Source: Eledone cirrhosa (taxonomy: Eukaryota). Taken from it: 64,000 nucleotides of DNA. The position numbers were made by a program, and so were the translations under genes. This document shows positions 28,535 through 41,373 of the stretch, one piece after another; position 1 is the first letter of the stretch; each line of letters opens with the position of its first letter. The DNA is taken from assembly GCA_964016885.1 (NCBI GenBank), contig OZ024743.1, positions 96,596,001 through 96,660,000 on the forward strand, read 5' to 3'. Under the pieces are notes generated by a model. That model was not told the DNA's origin, did not search any database, and saw nothing but the letters and a program-made list of their open reading frames with translations.

Positions 28535-29485
28535 TTAAATATAAAAACTTTAAAGTAAACTGTTTTGTAAGATAGAGCAAGAGCCAGTTTCAGTGTGGGC
28601 CTCAGTAAGAATGGACTAGAGAAAGTTTAAGGAGCTAGTACCTGAAAATGGGGGAGGGAGCTTCTCATGGAGTGAGAGGTATGCTATATGATATCTGCAT
28701 GTGGGCACCAATGTTGTATGGCAGTGAGATATGGGCCTTGACTACTAGGATCTGCATTGGCAAGTGAGAGGTGGGTGTGTGGTGTGAGCAGGCTGAGAGA
28801 ATGACTCTGTATAGAAGGAACCCAATGTGGTATGCAATAGAGAGAATTGCAATAGTATAGATGTGTTATGTGTAGATGACAGCAATATCTGGGTGGGGGT
28901 CCATGGAGTTGTCATTTCCCATGCTTTCCTCCACCCTTCTCTCTCCCACATCACTTCTTTTAACCACACGGTACCTGTCACAGTCTCATGACATACTTAT
29001 TATCTCTCCCATGACATTATGTTGTTGTCTGCCCTATTCTTATTTACCCATAGCATCATACTTATCATTCTTCCTAGCTCTCCCCATCATGTGACCCTAT
29101 ATATGGGTGTGTGTTTATATTTATTGTTTATGTACCATAACTTAGTGGTTGATGGAAAGAGATTGATAAAATATGTACTGCACTTGAAACAAATAAGTAC
29201 TGGGGTTGATATAATTGACTAAATTCTTTAAAAGTCTCTGCTTTAGCATCACTAAAATCAGTGAAAGAATAACATTATAAAAAATATGTGGGCACACACA
29301 CACATAACATTTGGTTCATTTACAAAGCATTGAAATTTAAAAATATGTTTTGCTTTTTGAAAAGCTTCCACAATGCAGATGAACTATAAATAATAATAAA
29401 CAATGCTGGATAAAATACCCCTGGGAACAGAAAAATGTGGACAGAAATGCATGTGGAAATTGAACCATGCATTTGTCATGTATAT

Positions 29486-29589
<104 letters not shown>

Positions 29590-30419
29590 CCACATTGACT
29601 TATGTACAGTATCTTTCTATCAAACTTACACTGCCATGACTTTGGTTAAACTGAAGCTATGGCAAAGACACTTGCCCCAGCATATGGACATTGGAATCAG
29701 ATAAAAAAAGGATCTGGTTTGTAAAGTGAACCTCTTAACTAGAAGGTCATACCTGCATGAAAAATACATTTTTGTTCATCAATTTCTGAATTTGACACTC
29801 ATTTATTTATAGGATAGATTGAGTATTCTTTTCAGAACCAATTCTGTTTCTTTTCCTTCTAATCTGTTCTCAGGTAAATTTGAATAGTCATTTGAAATTG
29901 AACAGAAGTTTTTATCTTCAGCAAATTTTGGATTCAATGTCAATAGTCACATAGTAACATCAAGAGCTGTTGTTATACAAATAAATCTTAACTAATTTCC
30001 CTTGACATTTGTTGGCAATAGTGTTTATATTTCAACTTTCAATTATATTAAAATGTTATTGTTTTTTTATTTAAAGATATTATCTTTCTATTTTTAATTT
30101 CTCTACAGTTTTCCTTTTTGTTTCAAAAATTTTATTGCTGGAAACTATGTATTTGTGATCGTAACTGGTTCATGTCTGGCTGTATATATGTGTGTTGTCT
30201 GCATATGTTATTTTAACGTAAACATCCAGCTTAATTTAGGTGCAGTTTATTCTATTTTTATTTGATCAATCGTTGTTTCCATTGTTTTTCTCTTGCCTCA
30301 GTGTGACCAACATAGTTGTGTGTATAAAGTATTGGTATTGGACACCTTGGGAGTTGAAGGGTTCAAATACTCTACAGGCATTTTGCTGTTTCTGCTCAGA
30401 ACTTTCTATATTACATAGA

Positions 30420-30590
30420 TGTAAGCATGGCTGAGTGGTTAAGGAGTTCATTTCACAACCAGTTTGTTCTGTGTTCTGTCTTGCTGCATGGTAACTTGGG
30501 CAAGTGTCTTCCACTATAGCCTCAGTTTGACCCATGATTGACAAGTGGAATTTGGTAAATGGAAACTGCAGAAGCCCACAACCCACGCAT
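30420..30590 (+). mobile_element. tRNA-derived SINE family C (degenerate)
   Basis: A-box TGGCTGAGTGG and CORE-like CTTGGGCAAGTGTCTT. Relatives lie near 7510-7655, 29630-29760 and 40660-40790. Confidence 0.6.
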
Positions 30591-31031
30591 GCACGCACAC
30601 ATGCATGTTCGCACACACACACATGCGTGTGTGTTTATATTGATTATTTATATAGGGAGAGGTGTCTCCAACACACCTGCCTCTACGAAACAAGTTCACA
30701 TTTATGTGGTTGCTTAACCTATTAGAAATAACAACCAAATCTTCCTAAAATCACACTCTACTGTCTAAAATGAATAATGCATTGGACTATGCAGTTTTTC
30801 ATGTTACATCTAAAATGTAACATCTAAATAGTAACATCTAAAATGCTTTTTGATCATAGCTCTGTTTGATTTGCATTTAGAACTGCATTTAGAACTACAA
30901 TTTGCCCTTAAACCTCTTTAGGGTTCATGAGTTAGATTACATTACAATATGCTTTAGTCCTAACACCAACAATGCCCACTCCTCCATTCTAGTTATAAAT
31001 TAAGTTCATTACTATACCACATACTTATTAA

Positions 31032-31252
31032 CCCTTTAGCACTTAAACCGGCCATATCCGGCCAGAATTTTCTCACCTCTTTCTGTTCAAATCAGACCTA
31101 ACCAGCCACTCATACTGATGGCAAGATATTGTTCTCAAAATGAATAATATCAAAATCTCATAGATTTTGATATTATGTGAGGTAATATGTAAGATAAAAT
31201 CTTTACTGTGAAAATACAATAGTAAATATAGAGTAGTATGAATGGTAAAGGG
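31032..31252 (-). mobile_element. TTAA MITE family A
   Basis: TTAA|CCCTTTAGCAC...GGTAAAGGG|TTAA with matching body. Confidence 0.85.
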
Positions 31253-31399
31253 TTAAGTGAATGTAATTTAACCGAACCTGTCTAGTATTACATGGCTTGT
31301 CAGGTCATCCTACAACTCTCACTCTTGACCCAGTCAGTAGAAGCTGGTTCTACAGTTCATCTATCTTCACATAACCAGAGAATCACTGTTCAACAAGCA

Positions 31400-31798
31400 T
31401 TTGGATTGGTAGAATTAGTAGAGCGTCAGACACCATGCTTTGCAGCATAGAATTACAGCCCTTTCTGGTCTGAGTTCAAATCCCACCAAGGTTATCTTTG
31501 CCCTTCATCCTTACGGGGTCAATAAAATAAAGAACCAGTAATGGGGTCAATTTAATTGATTTTCCTCCCTCAAATTGCTGGCCTTGTGCCTAAATCAGAA
31601 ATCCTTGTTTAAATTTCTTTGCAGCATAGAGTTACGGCCCTTTTCCGTCTGAGTTCAAATCCTGCTGAGGTTAGCTTTGCCTTTCATCCTTATGAGGTTG
31701 ATAAAATAAAGTACCAGTAATACACTGGGGTCAATTTAATCGACTTTCCCCTCTCCCAAAAAATTGCTGGCCTTGTGCCTACAGTAGAATTCATTATT
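31400..31798 (+). mobile_element. Two tandem SINE family A copies
   Basis: 31400-31602 (full) and 31615-31798 (5'-truncated), each with B-box GAGTTCAAATCC, core and CTGGCCTTGTGCC end. Confidence 0.85.
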
Positions 31799-32667
31799 TA
31801 CATCTTACTTTCTCAAATGTGATACTTTATATACACACACTCATGCATAAGCATATATGTATGCTTTTTTATACAATCACACACATGCTCAGTCATAAAT
31901 TGACTCACATATACATACATAGTGTCATCAAAATTGTGACTCACATATACATACATAGTGTCATCAAAATTGGGTCTTTTAATACTGTTTGTGCCACATT
32001 TGTGACAATAACATCTGTTGAATGTTTTCGAAACTTTTCTTTAATTGTAGTTAGACCTTGTAGGGTAAAACAGAGTCGCCTGTGTTAATGCTTGAAAACA
32101 AAGAACATGCAATTGAGAGAGGCCAACTATTTCAACTAACCTATATAAACAGATAAAGAATTAGCTGCCGTATATATGCATTGACCAAGAAAGAAATCTT
32201 TTTGCATTGATTAACCCTTTAATTACCACATTTACCATGAAAGACACTGTCTACAATTTCCAAAACATTTTGAAAATTGTGAAGACTTTGGAGGAATTTA
32301 GTTATATAACAGATTTCCTCATTATGAGGCTGGTGTTTGGAGCAAAGCATAAGATTTATTTTTACATGAAATTATATTGGAAGGTTCATAGATGGATACA
32401 AACATATCAAAATAAACAGTTTTGTATTTTAAAACCTGGAACTGTTTCATATAGTTTGGTATCAAAATGGTTAATTTACAAACTTTTTTTTTGCTTTACT
32501 GGTTTCAGTTGTTGACACCACCTTGTGGCACCACCTTGAATATGCTAATCGATCCTATTAACCCAAATACATATTTCAAAGTTTGTTTCTTATCTTACCA
32601 TGGTCTATTTGCTGGCCCACTAAATTATAAAGTAGAAAAACAGATGCATATACATGTGCATGCATTC

Positions 32668-32707
<40 letters not shown>

Positions 32708-32711
<4 letters not shown>

Positions 32712-33000
32712 TTTCATCATTTCATTTTACGTCCGCTTTTCCCTGCTTGCAAGGGTGGGACAGGAACTGATTCTGGCATGATTTCTACAGCTGGATGCCC
32801 TTCCTAACACCAACCTCATTTACAGTGAGTGCTGGGTGCTTTTTTGCCGTGGCACCTCCACGGCCACTTTGCAGTAAACTGGAGTAATGTGAAATAAAGT
32901 GTCTTGCACCAAGGAGACAACACATCACCCGGTCTGAGAATTGAACTCACAACCTTTCGATTGCAAGGCTAATGCTCTAACCACTAAGCCATGTGCCTCC
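32708..33000 (-). mobile_element. tRNA/CORE-like SINE with RTE-derived tail
   Basis: A-box TGGCTTAGTGG, B-box GAGTTCAATTC, CAAGACACTTTATTTCACATT core. The tail is near-identical to the RTE 3' UTR (19340-19405). Confidence 0.82.
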
Positions 33001-33191
33001 ATTTTATACCCCCCACTCTCCTGAGCGTGAATTTAATAAACATTTATCGTACTGCCTCTCTGTTCTGTCCCTGTTCAATTTTTCATTATATATATATATA
33101 TATTTTTTTTTTTTGGTAAACGGAATAGAAAATGCATTTTCTATTCCGTTTACCAATATATAATAACTTGTGTGTTACACCTCTATTCTTT

Positions 33192-33230
<39 letters not shown>

Positions 33231-33396
33231 TTAAGGATACTATTTGTGGTTATGCATATACAAAAACCTTTTGTAGTTATATATATTTTTACAAACCCTA
33301 AATAGTGATAGGCAGTAATATATTACTACTTTATTACCAGTAAGATAAATAGCTCAATGTAATAACATCAGTTGTTTTACAGAGCAGTTATATATT

Positions 33397-34013
33397 AGTT
33401 ATAAGAATCAAAGTTCTGTTCAAATCATTTATATGCTTACAATTGTTTTCTCCAAACCGAGGTTTGGATTCTTTGGAGCAATTTATTAATGAATGATCAC
33501 ATATATGACCTCCTTTTCAACCCAAGAGACATACAGATACATATGCATATATTGTTGCTTGGTGGGTCGACATCCATTATAACATTTAGCATGGCAGTAT
33601 ACATTTAAAGATTACATTCATATCAAAAGATAAAATACAACATGAAATTAATGCGATAGGATAGTCAGAAGCAGTTAGTGTGTGCAATAGTTACACGTGT
33701 GGCAAGCACGTGTGTCTTATTTATATAATATTATAGTGCGGCTGACTATCCTATCGCATTAATTTCATGTTGTATTTTATCTTTTGATATGAATATAATT
33801 TTTAAATGTATACTGCCACGCTAAATGTTATAATGGATGTCGACCCACCAAGCAACAATATATGCATATGTATCTGTATGTCTCTCGGGTTGAAAAGGAG
33901 GTCATATATGTGATCATTCATTAATAAATTGCTCCGAAGAATCCAAACCTCGCTTTGGAGGAAACAATTGTAAGCATATAAATGATTTGAACAGAACTTT
34001 GATTCTTATAACT
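33397..34013. repeat. Fold-back insertion with ~270-bp inverted arms and ~73-nt spacer
   Basis: 33397-33668 is the reverse complement of 33742-34013 with few mismatches. It ends in (TA)n. Confidence 0.95.
33930..33976 (+). ncRNA. Type I hammerhead ribozyme with variant core (CCGAAGA)
   Basis: TGCT-CCGAAGA-A-TCCAAA-CCTCGC-TTTGGA-G-GAAA-CAATTG-TA-AGCA. The mirror copy at 33434-33480 is further decayed. Confidence 0.65.
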
Positions 34014-34201
34014 TATATATATATATATATATATATAAATGAAAGGTATAGAAAACATTGTAGCGAAAAGCCAACCGTATTCAATAATATATATGTATAT
34101 ATATTCTGGACTTTTTTTATTTAAAAAAATTTTTTTTTTTTAGTCCAGAATTAGCCGTCGAAACGGCTTGAGCTCAGCCGTCGGGGTCCTACTCGTTCCT
34201 A

Positions 34202-34266
<65 letters not shown>

Positions 34267-34390
34267 GTAAAAGTTCTATTTAAATTGTTGGGATACAACA
34301 TGCAAATAACTGATATAAAGCACTCAACAAATTTCGGGAGTAAAAATACGATATATTAACAAATGGAAACTATATTTATAAAACCATATT

Positions 34391-34453
34391 TATTTCATTA
34401 TACATTTCAAGGACACCAAGTTAAATTATGGTGTGCTTTCATCAGATAAAATA
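34391..34453 (-). ncRNA. Type I hammerhead ribozyme
   Basis: TATTTTAT-CTGATGA-AAGCACACCA-loop-TGGTGTCCTT-GAAA-TGTA-TA-ATGAAATA. Stem II has 9/10 pairs. Same family as 24072 and 24286. Confidence 0.78.
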
Positions 34454-35407
34454 TAATATAGATCAGTTTTATAAATAAATATTGACATACCCTTAAAGAA
34501 TGCGACCATTCCTGTTGGAAGCTCCCGGATAGTGGGGTTATAAATTTATTCATACTATTATGCAAATTAGTGTTGGATATTTTTAAATCACAGTAGATTT
34601 AAAATAAGCCGTTGGGGTATGCAGAAAGGGAAAGAGAAAAAAAAGAAAAAAGCAAACTTTAAGAGGAAAATAAGAAAACAAGAAAAAAAGAAAGAGAAAG
34701 AGAAGAAAAAAAGAACAAAGGAAAGAGAAAGCCCTAAGTGATAGGTTGTTGTATTAGCATAACTTTTAAGATGAAGTGAAAAAATAAATATTTTTTGGAT
34801 GAGTAAAGTAAATAAGCGTGAATGGAAAATAAGCGTGAATGGAAAACGAATTTTAACCAGTGTTTAAATCTGATTAAATGTTTAGTTTACCAATTAAATT
34901 ATCCATCAAATTATTGAGATCTATACATTAAAAGTTGAGATCTATATATTATTAAAAAATCTATATATTATTAAAACCCATATATTATTAAAAGAATTTA
35001 TTCATATATATATACATACGCACACATATATACATATATAAATATATATATATACCTACACATACCATACACATAGATAAAGGACTTTTTATGTATAAGA
35101 TATAGGAATTTTCCTAAACTCATAGATTTTTCTGAGAAACCAGAGAAAAAACCCGGAGAAAAACATTTCTATGTAATAGCAAAACAGCGTGAAGGAAATT
35201 AAGTTATTTACTTATATTAAATGTTATAAATCTCAAGATAACAAAGGAAATTTAAGATTATAGAAACCTTATGTTATAATACAAACCTTATATTATAAAT
35301 TTTATATTTACTAAATCCACCTGTTATGTAGTTGTGACTGTTATTATATAAGTTTGTTTATCACGAACCTTAAGGAAACCCTTATAACCTAGTGCATTTG
35401 AATTGTA

Positions 35408-35445
<38 letters not shown>

Positions 35446-35496
35446 ACTCACACATATATACACATAGACATAGATACGCATACAGGTAGATATGAA

Positions 35497-35560
<64 letters not shown>

Positions 35561-35627
35561 AAGGTTTAGCAAATAATGAAAAAGTTTCAAAATAAATTTT
35601 AAAAAATTGACTTTACCTACTATAGTT

Positions 35628-35711
35628 ACCTTTACCGATCGGTTTCGAATCCCAAAAATAAAACGGAGACCATACGGCCTTCGTTGCAAAGAAAGATTCT
35701 CGTCAGAAGGT
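35628..35711 (-). ncRNA. Type I hammerhead ribozyme, intact core (unit 1)
   Basis: ACCTT-CTGACGA-GAATC-(43 nt with an inner 9/10-bp helix)-GATTC-GAAA-CCGATCGG-TA-AAGGT. All core nucleotides and three stems are present. Confidence 0.9.
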
Positions 35712-36110
35712 TCTTTTCATTCAAAGAATATAAAATTCCTGAATTTAAATCACAAACTAGCGCTATCAAAACTGTTCCTGGGATGAGAGTGGATGATGTA
35801 GAAACAGGTTTATCAAGGGCCGAAGCAAAGATAGAGGCAAAAGGAGGTAGGTCAAACTAGCCACAGCTATTGCTAGCAGCAGTCAGAACGACCAAATTTG
35901 TTTTCAACGTTAGTGGAGGTAGTAGTAATAGGATATACGTTCCTTCACGCACAAGGCACCAAGGTACGCATGTATTGTCCAACCAAATGCCAGTGTGGTT
36001 CAATGGCGGGTTAATAAATTAACGAGCCAGAACAAATATAAACAAGGTTTAGCAAATAATGAAAAAGTTTCAAAATAAATTTTAAAAAATTGACTTTACC
36101 TACTATAGTT

Positions 36111-36194
36111 ACCTTTACCGATCGGTTTCGAATCCCAAAAATAAAACGGAGACCATACAGCCTTCGTTGCAAAGAAAGATTCTCGTCAGAAGGT
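36111..36194 (-). ncRNA. Type I hammerhead ribozyme, intact core (unit 2)
   Basis: Same as 35628-35711, with one substitution in the stem II extension. Confidence 0.9.
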
Positions 36195-36725
36195 TCTTTT
36201 CATTCAAAGAATATAAAATTCCTGAATTTAAATCACAAACTAGCGCTATCAAAACTGTTCCTGGGATGAGAGTGGATGATGTAGAAACAGGTTTATCAAG
36301 GGCCGAAGCAAAGATAGAGGCAAAAGGAGGTAGGTCAAACTAGCCACAGCTATTGCTAGCAGCAGTCAGAACGACCAAATTTGTTCTCAACGTTAGTGGA
36401 GGTAGTAGTAATAGGATATACGTTCCTTCACGCACAAGGCGCCAAGGTACGCATGTATTGTCCAACCAAATGCCAGTGTGGTTCAATGGCGGGTTAATAA
36501 ATTAACGAGCCAGAACAAATATAAACAAGGTTTAGCAAATAATGAAAAAGTTTCAAAATAAATTTTAAAAAATTGACTTTACCTACTATAGTTACCTTTA
36601 CCGATCCTTGTTTATATTTGTTCTGGGTCGTTAATTTATTAACCCGCCATTGAACCACACTGGCATTTGGTTGGACAATACATGCGTACCTTGGCGCCTT
36701 GTGCGTGAAGGAACGTATATCCTAT

Positions 36726-36780
<55 letters not shown>

Positions 36781-36824
36781 CATATATACACATAGACATA
36801 GATACGCATACAGGTAGATATGGA

Positions 36825-36913
<89 letters not shown>

Positions 36914-37333
36914 TATATACAGTACATAGTATAATTGAAGTACATAATATATAAAAATGAATTATATTACGATTTGGAAATATATTCCTACAATTATAAG
37001 CAATATAACTTTAGAGCAATATAATTTTAAAAAATTACAGAATATTTTAAGATATAATTTTAAAATAAGAATATGTCTAAAATAATTCAGTATAAAATTT
37101 AAATTTTTTTTATATAATATTTAACTCTCAGTATGTTTAACTTAATTTTATAACTATATGGGAAATTTTCAAAAATAGGAGAAACTTTTCAAAGAAAATA
37201 TTTTCCCCTTTTAAGAGCTTTCAGTATGTTTATATAGGAAAATTTTTTTTTATATTTGAGAGTTTAAGCAGTCAAATGAAGTAATCTAATGATTTATCGA
37301 TAGGTTCAATATATTAATAGAATTAATTATATA

Positions 37334-38605
37334 TTACATTTTAAATTTATATTTAAATGTTGAGTTCAATCTATGTCTGCAGCAACTGAAGAGATTGCTT
37401 CTTACATTTAGGGAATTTTTGCTTTTTAATATAAAGAATATTTCATCTATACAAAGATCACAATTTTCTGAAGAGGAGTTAAAAGGAGTAGCTTTTGAAA
37501 TAATATTCCAAAGTAACGAATATTTAACGTTCTTTAATTTGAGGTCCCATAATAAGCTAGATAGAGAAGTTGATGTTTTGTTTAAATGCGTAAAAGAGCT
37601 TTTATGGTTATTAAAACGAGATTTAAAATCTGTGAAAGTAGATCCTACATAATTAAATGAATTTAAATTAGTTATTACATTACAATTATATACTATATTT
37701 TTAGCTAAGCAATTGTTATTTAACGGACAATTAGATTTATTTCTACAGTTACATTTATCAAATTGGATATTGCTGGGGTTATTAGTGGTATTTTGGCTAG
37801 GTTTTAAATTTCTATTATTAATTCTATTAATATTCTGCGCTAAATTTTTGGTGGATGAATAAGTTAATTTTATAGTATGTCTATTAAAAATTGAGTAATA
37901 TCTATGTGTTCTCGGGAAGCATTTGTCAAGAGCTTTAAAGAATAGTTTAGCAATAGGAGTTTTAATATTTAATGAGAAAGGAAGAGCAAACCATAATATA
38001 TTCCTAGTTCTATTTCTTTTTTTGTTTTTCGAATTATTGTAAGGTTTTCTATTATAGTTGTTAAAATTGTTAGGATTATGGTTATTTGTTATATTATTAT
38101 TATCAATGTATTTAATTTTATTTCTATATCCAGCTCTACCTAACGCTTCATTGTAATAATGGGCTTTATCATCAAATATATTCTTATTAGCTGAAATTCT
38201 AGAAATGCGTTGCTGTACAGAATTCACTATAGTATTTTTAACGGATCTGGGGTGATTAGAGTTAAAATTAAAGTAGTTTAAGTTCTCGTTTAGTTTGTGA
38301 CAAGGATAATGAAGACATGTGTTAAGGTTTAATGTTACATCTAGAAAATTAACTATTTTATGGTTATTCTCTATTTCTACTTTTAGATTAAGGTAATTAA
38401 AAAATTGTATAATTTCTTTTCTTTTCCTATTTAATTCACAGTTATTATTTTCGATAAGTAAAAGCATGTCATCACGATATAAACCTCCGGTCATCTCAGG
38501 TATTTTTCTATGTAGAGAATTATTTATAAAGAGGCCCACAAGATCCGTTACCTGAGCGGAATCGGATGATGCCATAGTGATATCGAAATTATTATTTCTA
38601 TCTGC
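37334..38605 (-). pseudogene. 5'-truncated Penelope-like element ORF (RT C-terminal half + GIY-YIG endonuclease)
   Basis: FDITMASSDSAQVTDLVG, LYRDD, VNFLDVTL, SNHP, CNCRNKSNCPLNNNC, IVY..YVG..FKSRFNNH, CDLCIDE, CRH. Uninterrupted for about 420 codons. The first ~55 aa of the tracked ORF is read-through of adjacent repeats. Confidence 0.9.
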
Positions 38606-38607
38606 TC

Positions 38608-38638
<31 letters not shown>

Positions 38639-38858
38639 ATAGATCAGATAGGGTATGGTAAAATACCAGGTGGACCATAACTCACCAGAGTACTCGATAC
38701 TTGGGGTAGTAGAGTGGGTAATATGAAAAGATTCAGGACCCGACAGCTGAGCCAGCGGGGTTCTGAATCTTTTCATATATATATATATATATGTGTGTGT
38801 GTATATATATATATATATATCATCATCATCACTGTTTTACGTCCGTTCTTCCACGCTA

Positions 38859-38895
<37 letters not shown>

Positions 38896-39056
38896 ATGTT
38901 GAAAAGGTAACACACTAGAGAGAGATAGTGTGCCATCAATAAAACAGGGAAAACTACCAGTGTATGGAATCTATAATCTATGGAAGGCAGGGTAGACACA
39001 CAATAATTAAAAATATAAATTAAAATGTATATACGCACCTCTATAACTATATAACA

Positions 39057-39137
39057 CACGCGTACAGATCCAAAGAGATCTGTTTCGCCAGAAAGTTGTT
39101 GACTGAAATGGAATAGCCTATGGGTCATTAGCGCGTG
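39057..39137 (-). ncRNA. Degenerate type I hammerhead ribozyme
   Basis: CACGCG-CTAATGA-...-GGC-GAAA-CAGATC-TCTTTG-GATCTG-TA-CGCGTG. Stems I and III are perfect 6-bp matches. Core G5 is mutated to A. Confidence 0.7.
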
Positions 39138-39420
39138 CAAGACTATACATTCCAGACGACTCTAAGAGAATCTAAAGCGACCGTCCAGCTACACGCGGCA
39201 GAGAGATGTCACACCGTGTTGAGGGCAGTGAACCAGTGGTATCTGAAGAACGAGCTGTATGAAAGGGCAGCCCAAAAACCACTCAAAGAAGTGTGCTCAA
39301 CCAAACAGAGAGAGAGGAAAGACTGTTATAAGGAGCAAAATATCACGATAAATACACGTGTGTGCGCGTGTATGTATATATATAGAGAGAGATATATCAT
39401 CATATATATTTATATATCAC

Positions 39421-40465
39421 AATGATCATCATCGTTTAATGTCTGCTTTTCCATGATTGCATGGGTTGGACAGGTCCTTCTCAGCATGGCATATCTCCAC
39501 ACATCGCAATCCTTCATCATCACCTCTGTGAGTCTCAGTGATTTGAAGTCAGATCGCACAACCTCTGCCCAGGTCTTTCTTGGTCTACCTTCACTGTGGC
39601 TTCCTTCCACTGACACTTTTTCACCCACTAGCACTTTTTCACCCAATGATCATTGTCCATGTGCATCACATGTCCAAATAAATGCAGTCTTCTCTCCTGC
39701 ACACCACCTTGGATTCCTCTTAAATCCAGCTTCTTCCTCAGCTCATCCAAGCTCTGCCTTTCTCTCACAATTACATTGCACATCCAATGGAGCATCGTTA
39801 GTTCATTTCTCTCCAGTCTGCCCATGTTTCACTACCATGCAGCATCACATGTCCTCCACAGTCACAGCCCATGTTTCACTACTATGCAGCACCACATGTC
39901 CTCTGCAGTCACAGCCCATGTTTCACTATGATGCAACATTGCACTTTGCACACAGGCATCATAAAGTCGTTCTTTTGTACGTAAGAAACCTTTTGTGGTC
40001 AAAAGTGGGAGTAACTCTCTGAACTTTTTCCATCCTCTCCTTACTCTAGCTATTATGCTCTCAGAGCACTTTCCTCCATTACTAATTATGTTGCAGAAGC
40101 TATCAACCACTTCTATGGGTCGTCCTTCCTGTGACTAGAATAGGTTTACATAACTGGCTATTTCCCCTCTGTTACTGCTGTGCATCTTCTACAAATAAAA
40201 GTTTCCCTTCCTGTTAGTCTACCTGTTATCCCACTACATCTCTTGTGTACCCAAGATTTACATTGTGTACATAATATGGAGTTTATGTCTACTCCTTTTC
40301 TACATATTGAGCAAAGCCACTTCCCTGAAGGAATCAAGGTCCTATCTTCCCTTCTACTCACTAGCACTTTAAGTTTGGCTAATTTTATTCTCAGGTCTTT
40401 TGATTCTAAATTCTGTTTCCATCTTTGGAACTTATTTTCTAAATCTTTAATAGATTCAACTATAA
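39421..40465 (-). mobile_element. Truncated RTE LINE copy
   Basis: Encodes CSICRKGVDINSILCTQCKSWVHKRCSG, GWKKFRELLP, HHSETW and GRPRKTW. (GAT)n tail. Internal ~48-bp tandem duplication at 39825-39930. Confidence 0.88.
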
Positions 40466-41373
40466 GTTTGTATGTATGTATGAAGAGAGAGAGAGAGAGA
40501 GTTTGAAGTCACCACTATCTTTTCTTCGGAAAATACCATGTACACAGAACAGTGAAACATTAACTAATTGAGCACTCAATACATATGGGCAGGGGTGTTG
40601 TATTTTCCAAAAGTATACATTGGCAGTGATTTCAAAGTATCAGCAATGGGGCACAATTTCCATCTATCAAATATCACACACAAAACTATAGTTGAAGCCC
40701 ATTTCCTAAGGTACTACACAGTTGGACAGAACCTGAAACCCCCTTACTGCAGAGCTCAATTCTTAACCACACAACTATGTTTAGTAGATAAAATCAAATT
40801 TTTGACTCAATCAAACAGATAATTATTTTATTTTGTTTCCCCTTATCTTTTGTTTGATCAATGTTTTTGTGATATACAGAAGAAACAGCTGAATTGAAGC
40901 TAAAAGTATCATCCCTTCTGGCTGAATGCTCTGCTTACTAAACTATCAATTGACATCTAATCATTTATATTCAATACTAATGACTGATTAATACCCATCA
41001 ACAGAAACATTAAATGTTGTAATCTGAACATGATCCAAAATGAAGATCGTCATGTAATTATTTAAGTCTTCAATGTACAATGCAATAGCTTTTATGTTGT
41101 ATTTAACAGTAATTATCTACTAGTGAAATTTGCAATATTGTCATTTCAAATAGAAAGAAATTTGGGGTTTAGATAGAAGGAAATCTTATTGATTTTTCAC
41201 TGATATTCATTAACTCAAGATTGACTCAGACATTATCCCATTATCTGATATTAATATAAACTAGGATACTAATTCTGTATAAGTAATAAGCTGTTCAGTC
41301 TCTGGCAGAGATAACAGGTTCAAACCAGAACTGATCTTGAAAGTTTCGGTTCTGCATCTATTTGATTGCTTCA

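Larger units (their letters stand above)
35556..36728 (-). mobile_element. Candidate non-LTR retrozyme: 483-bp unit x about 2.2 plus a 122-bp inverted segment
   Basis: Period 483 (35560/36043/36526), about 3 substitutions between units, no long ORF, one hammerhead per unit. 36607-36728 is the reverse complement of 36408-36529. Confidence 0.8.

Noticed and set aside
38606-38776. N-terminal extension of the 480-aa Penelope ORF
   Set aside because: It reads through a TA/TG tract and a separate fold-back remnant, so it is not a real start.
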